Shown here: positions 30,142-32,000 of the stretch, piece by piece
Layout: every line of letters starts with the position of its first letter
Numbering within the stretch: the stretch's first letter is position 1
Program-made: the position numbers and the translations under genes
NCBI RefSeq assembly: GCF_042660085.1
Contig: NZ_JBHSTI010000008.1
Span: 150,001 to 182,000, forward strand
Reading direction: 5' to 3'
Source: Longivirga aurantiaca
GTDB taxonomy: Bacteria > Actinomycetota > Actinomycetes > S36-B12 > CAIYMF01
Length of the DNA stretch: 32,000 nt
Notes under the pieces: model-generated
Told to the model about the DNA's origin: nothing
Database searches by the model: none
Seen by the model: only the letters and a program-made list of their open reading frames with translations

Positions 30142-30633
30142 CTAGCGGTAGTTCACGAACTGGACGGCGAAGTCGAGGTCGGCGTCGCGCACGAGCGACT
30201 GCACGGCCTGGAGGTCGTCGCGGCTCTTGGAGGTCACGCGGAGCTCCTCGCCCATGACCTGCGCCTTGACCGTCTTGGGGCCCTCGTCGCGGATGAGCTT
30301 GCCGAGCTTCTTGGCCTGCTCCTGGTTGATGCCGGCCTGGAAGGTCATCGAGATCTTGTACTCCTTGCCCGAGGAGCGGGGGTCATCGGCCTTGAGCGAC
30401 TTCAGCGAGAGCTGGCGCTTGACGAGCTTGTCGCGGAAGACCTCGAGGGCGGCTGCGGCGCGCTCCTCGGTGGAGGAGGTGATCTCGACCGCGAGCTCGC
30501 CCTTCCACTCGATCGTGGTGCTCGTGTTCTTGAAGTCGAACCGCTGCGAGAGCTCCTTCGCCGCCTGGTTGAGCGCGTTGTCGACCTCCTGGCGGTCGAC
30601 CTTGCTGACGATGTCGAAGCTGCTGTCGGCCAT
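30142..30633 (-). CDS. yajQ: YajQ-family (UPF0234) nucleotide-binding protein
   Basis: The 163-aa product reads [35 protein letters not shown]...VQFVNYR, which is typical YajQ from end to end. Confidence 0.9.
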   Translation of the reverse strand: MADSSFDIVSKVDRQEVDNALNQAAKELSQRFDFKNTSTTIEWKGELAVEITSSTEERAAAALEVFRDKLVKRQLSLKSLKADDPRSSGKEYKISMTFQAGINQEQAKKLGKLIRDEGPKTVKAQVMGEELRVTSKSRDDLQAVQSLVRDADLDFAVQFVNYR

Positions 30634-30740
30634 GGCCGGTTCGTCCCTTCGGTGCGGTGGTCAGGTGGGCGGCACCCCGGGGATTTCCCCCGTGCCGCGC
30701 CTCCTATGTATCCTCCCCTCTGCCGTCCTCGGACGGCAAA

Positions 30741-30822
30741 GGCGGGTTGCCCGAGCGGCCAATGGGAGCGGACTGTAAATCCGTCGGCTTTGCCTTCGAT
30801 GGTTCGAATCCATCACCCGCCA
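30741..30822 (+). tRNA. tRNA-Tyr (anticodon GTA), type II with long variable arm
   Basis: Hand-folded cloverleaf. The acceptor stem is GGCGGGT/ACCCGCC plus discriminator A, and the D stem is CCCG/TGGG. The anticodon stem is GCGGA/TCCGT with loop CTGTAAA. There is a 13-nt variable arm, and the T arm is GATGG-TTCGAAT-CCATC. CCA is not encoded. Confidence 0.95.
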
Positions 30823-30828
30823 CACGGC

Positions 30829-30861
30829 AGGAGGCCCGACCCCTCAGGGGTCGGGCCTCCT
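30829..30861. terminator. Bidirectional terminator hairpin between tRNA-Tyr and the SDR gene
   Basis: AGGAGGCCCGACCCC (30829-30843) / GGGGTCGGGCCTCCT (30847-30861) form a 15-bp perfect stem with a 3-nt loop, followed by CTCGTTCGT. Confidence 0.65.
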
Positions 30862-30887
30862 CTCGTTCGTACGGCCGTCCGGGGGCC

Positions 30888-31847
30888 TCAGGCCGTGATG
30901 CCCGCCACCACGTCGTCGAACCGGACCCCGACGAGGGCCTCGGACTCCTCCCACAGCGCGGCGGCCATGCGGGTGTCGCGCGCGGCGGCCGTGGTGCCCA
31001 CGAGCCGCGGGTGGCCGTGCTGCTCGAAGAAGCCGTCCGGTCCGGCGTACGACGCCGGCGGGAGCCCGGGCTCGGTGGCCACGTAGAGAGTCGGCAGCGC
31101 CCCCATCTCGGCCGGCTGGGCGAGGAGCCGGTTGCCGAGCTCGGTGAACCGGGCGCCCAGGCTGCTGCCCTTCATGGCCGGCGCGACCGACTGGAGGTTC
31201 GTGGCGGCGTAGCCGGGGTGGGCGGCGTACGCCCCGACGGGCAGGCCGGCCGCGTCGAGGCGGTGCTGGAGCTCGAAGGTGAGCAGCAGGTTGGCGAGCT
31301 TGCTCTGCCCGTACGCCACCCAGGGCTGGTACTTCTGCCGCCCCATGAGGTCGTCGAGGCGGATCCGGCCCATCTTGTGCGCGTTGCTGGACACGGTGAC
31401 CACCCGGGACGCCGCCCCCACGGACCCGGCGCGGGCGAGCGCCGGGAGCAGGCCGAGGGTGAGGGCCATGTGCCCGAGGTGGTTCGTGCCGAGCTGCATC
31501 TCGAACCCGTCCGCGGTCTCGCGACGCGGGATGGCCATGACGCCGGCGTTGTTGACGAGCAGGTGCAGGGGGTCGGCCCCCACCGTCTCGGCGCAGGCGC
31601 GCACCGAGGCGAGGTCGGCCAGGTCGAGGGGCACGACCGCGACGCTCCCGGCGGAGGTTCCCACGGCCGCCGCGATCCGGGCGCGGGCGTCCTCGCCGCG
31701 GCCGGCGTCGCGGACGCCGAGGAGCACGTCGGCGCCGTGGCGCGCGAGCTCGAGAGCGGTGACGTAGCCGATGCCGGAGTTCGCCCCGGTGACGAGGGCG
31801 CGGCGACCGGAGAGGTCGGGGATGTCTGCGGCGGTCCAGGGGCTCAT
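30888..31847 (-). CDS. Short-chain dehydrogenase/reductase (SDR) family oxidoreductase
   Basis: Contains the TGANSGIG Rossmann motif, NNAG and the catalytic YGQSK (YxxxK). The 319-aa size is classical extended SDR. The substrate is unknown. Confidence 0.9.
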   Translation of the reverse strand: MSPWTAADIPDLSGRRALVTGANSGIGYVTALELARHGADVLLGVRDAGRGEDARARIAAAVGTSAGSVAVVPLDLADLASVRACAETVGADPLHLLVNNAGVMAIPRRETADGFEMQLGTNHLGHMALTLGLLPALARAGSVGAASRVVTVSSNAHKMGRIRLDDLMGRQKYQPWVAYGQSKLANLLLTFELQHRLDAAGLPVGAYAAHPGYAATNLQSVAPAMKGSSLGARFTELGNRLLAQPAEMGALPTLYVATEPGLPPASYAGPDGFFEQHGHPRLVGTTAAARDTRMAAALWEESEALVGVRFDDVVAGITA

Positions 31848-31910
31848 GCCCCCATCCTCACCCGACGGAGACCGGTGCGCGTCCCGGGCGGAGGCGGGCT
31901 GCTGCCCGTT

Positions 31911-31940
31911 TTGGAGGAACCCAGGGCCACCGGGTACGCT
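31911..31940 (+). promoter_or_regulatory. Candidate promoter for tRNA-Thr (-35 TTGGAG, 18-nt spacer, -10 TACGCT)
   Basis: TTGGAG at 31911-31916 and TACGCT at 31935-31940. The -10 ends 13 nt before the mature tRNA 5' end. Confidence 0.35.
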
Positions 31941-31953
31941 GCTCAGGCTCTAC

Positions 31954-32000
31954 GCCCCCATAGCTCAGTCGGCAGAGCGTCTCCATGGTAAGGAGAAGGT
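31954..32000 (+). tRNA. tRNA-Thr (anticodon GGT), 5' 47 nt only; truncated by the window end
   Basis: GCCCCCA-TA-GCTC-AGTCGGC-AGAGC-G-TCTCC-ATGGTAA-GGAGA-AGGT. The D arm and a 5-bp anticodon stem flank the loop ATGGTAA, giving anticodon GGT. The layout is close to known bacterial tRNA-Thr(GGU). Confidence 0.85.

Noticed and set aside
30721-30738. Small hairpin TGCCGTCC-TC-GGACGGCA immediately 5' of tRNA-Tyr, and a TATCCT -10-like box at 30709-30714
   Set aside because: A 2-nt loop is sterically poor and there is no supporting -35. It may be part of the pre-tRNA leader, but this is not enough to annotate.

Overview
High-GC (about 70-75% by eye) actinobacterial chromosome, probably Micrococcales-like; the taxon is a guess from protein style only. 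Most of the window is core respiratory metabolism. Gene order is: menE (5' part, -), an unlisted 53-codon ORF coupled to menC (+), menD (+), menF (-), and a secreted collagen-like G-X-Y protein (-). Next come a 570-bp leader/promoter region carrying a Rex-operator-like palindrome, the complete 14-gene nuoA-N operon (6504-22416, +), and a trans-polyprenyl diphosphate synthase (+). These are followed by a strong bidirectional hairpin, a lipoprotein (-), rarD (-) and korB-korA (2-oxoglutarate:ferredoxin oxidoreductase, -). Then come a divergent three-gene operon of NuoB/NuoC/NuoI paralogs (+), yajQ (-), tRNA-Tyr (+), an SDR oxidoreductase (-) and the start of tRNA-Thr (+). The best candidate for something undescribed is the orphan NuoB-NuoC-NuoI-like operon (28565-29993). 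It is tightly translationally coupled and keeps all Fe-S cysteine ligands. It has no NuoD-like, NuoH-like or antiporter-like partner and sits head-to-head with korAB. Other points worth a second look are listed here.
- A 53-bp x 2.9 tandem repeat duplicates the nuoD stop region into the nuoD-nuoE junction.
- A BclA-like collagen-repeat protein has a visibly lower-GC C-terminal domain.
- The small ORF upstream of menC has a strong SD and an ATGA overlap with menC.
- A shared leaderless-type promoter motif precedes menE and menF.
All coordinates and motif matches were worked out by hand. No database search, HMM or folding calculation was run. Many long ORFs in the supplied track are antisense or out-of-frame shadow ORFs typical of high-GC DNA and were rejected.
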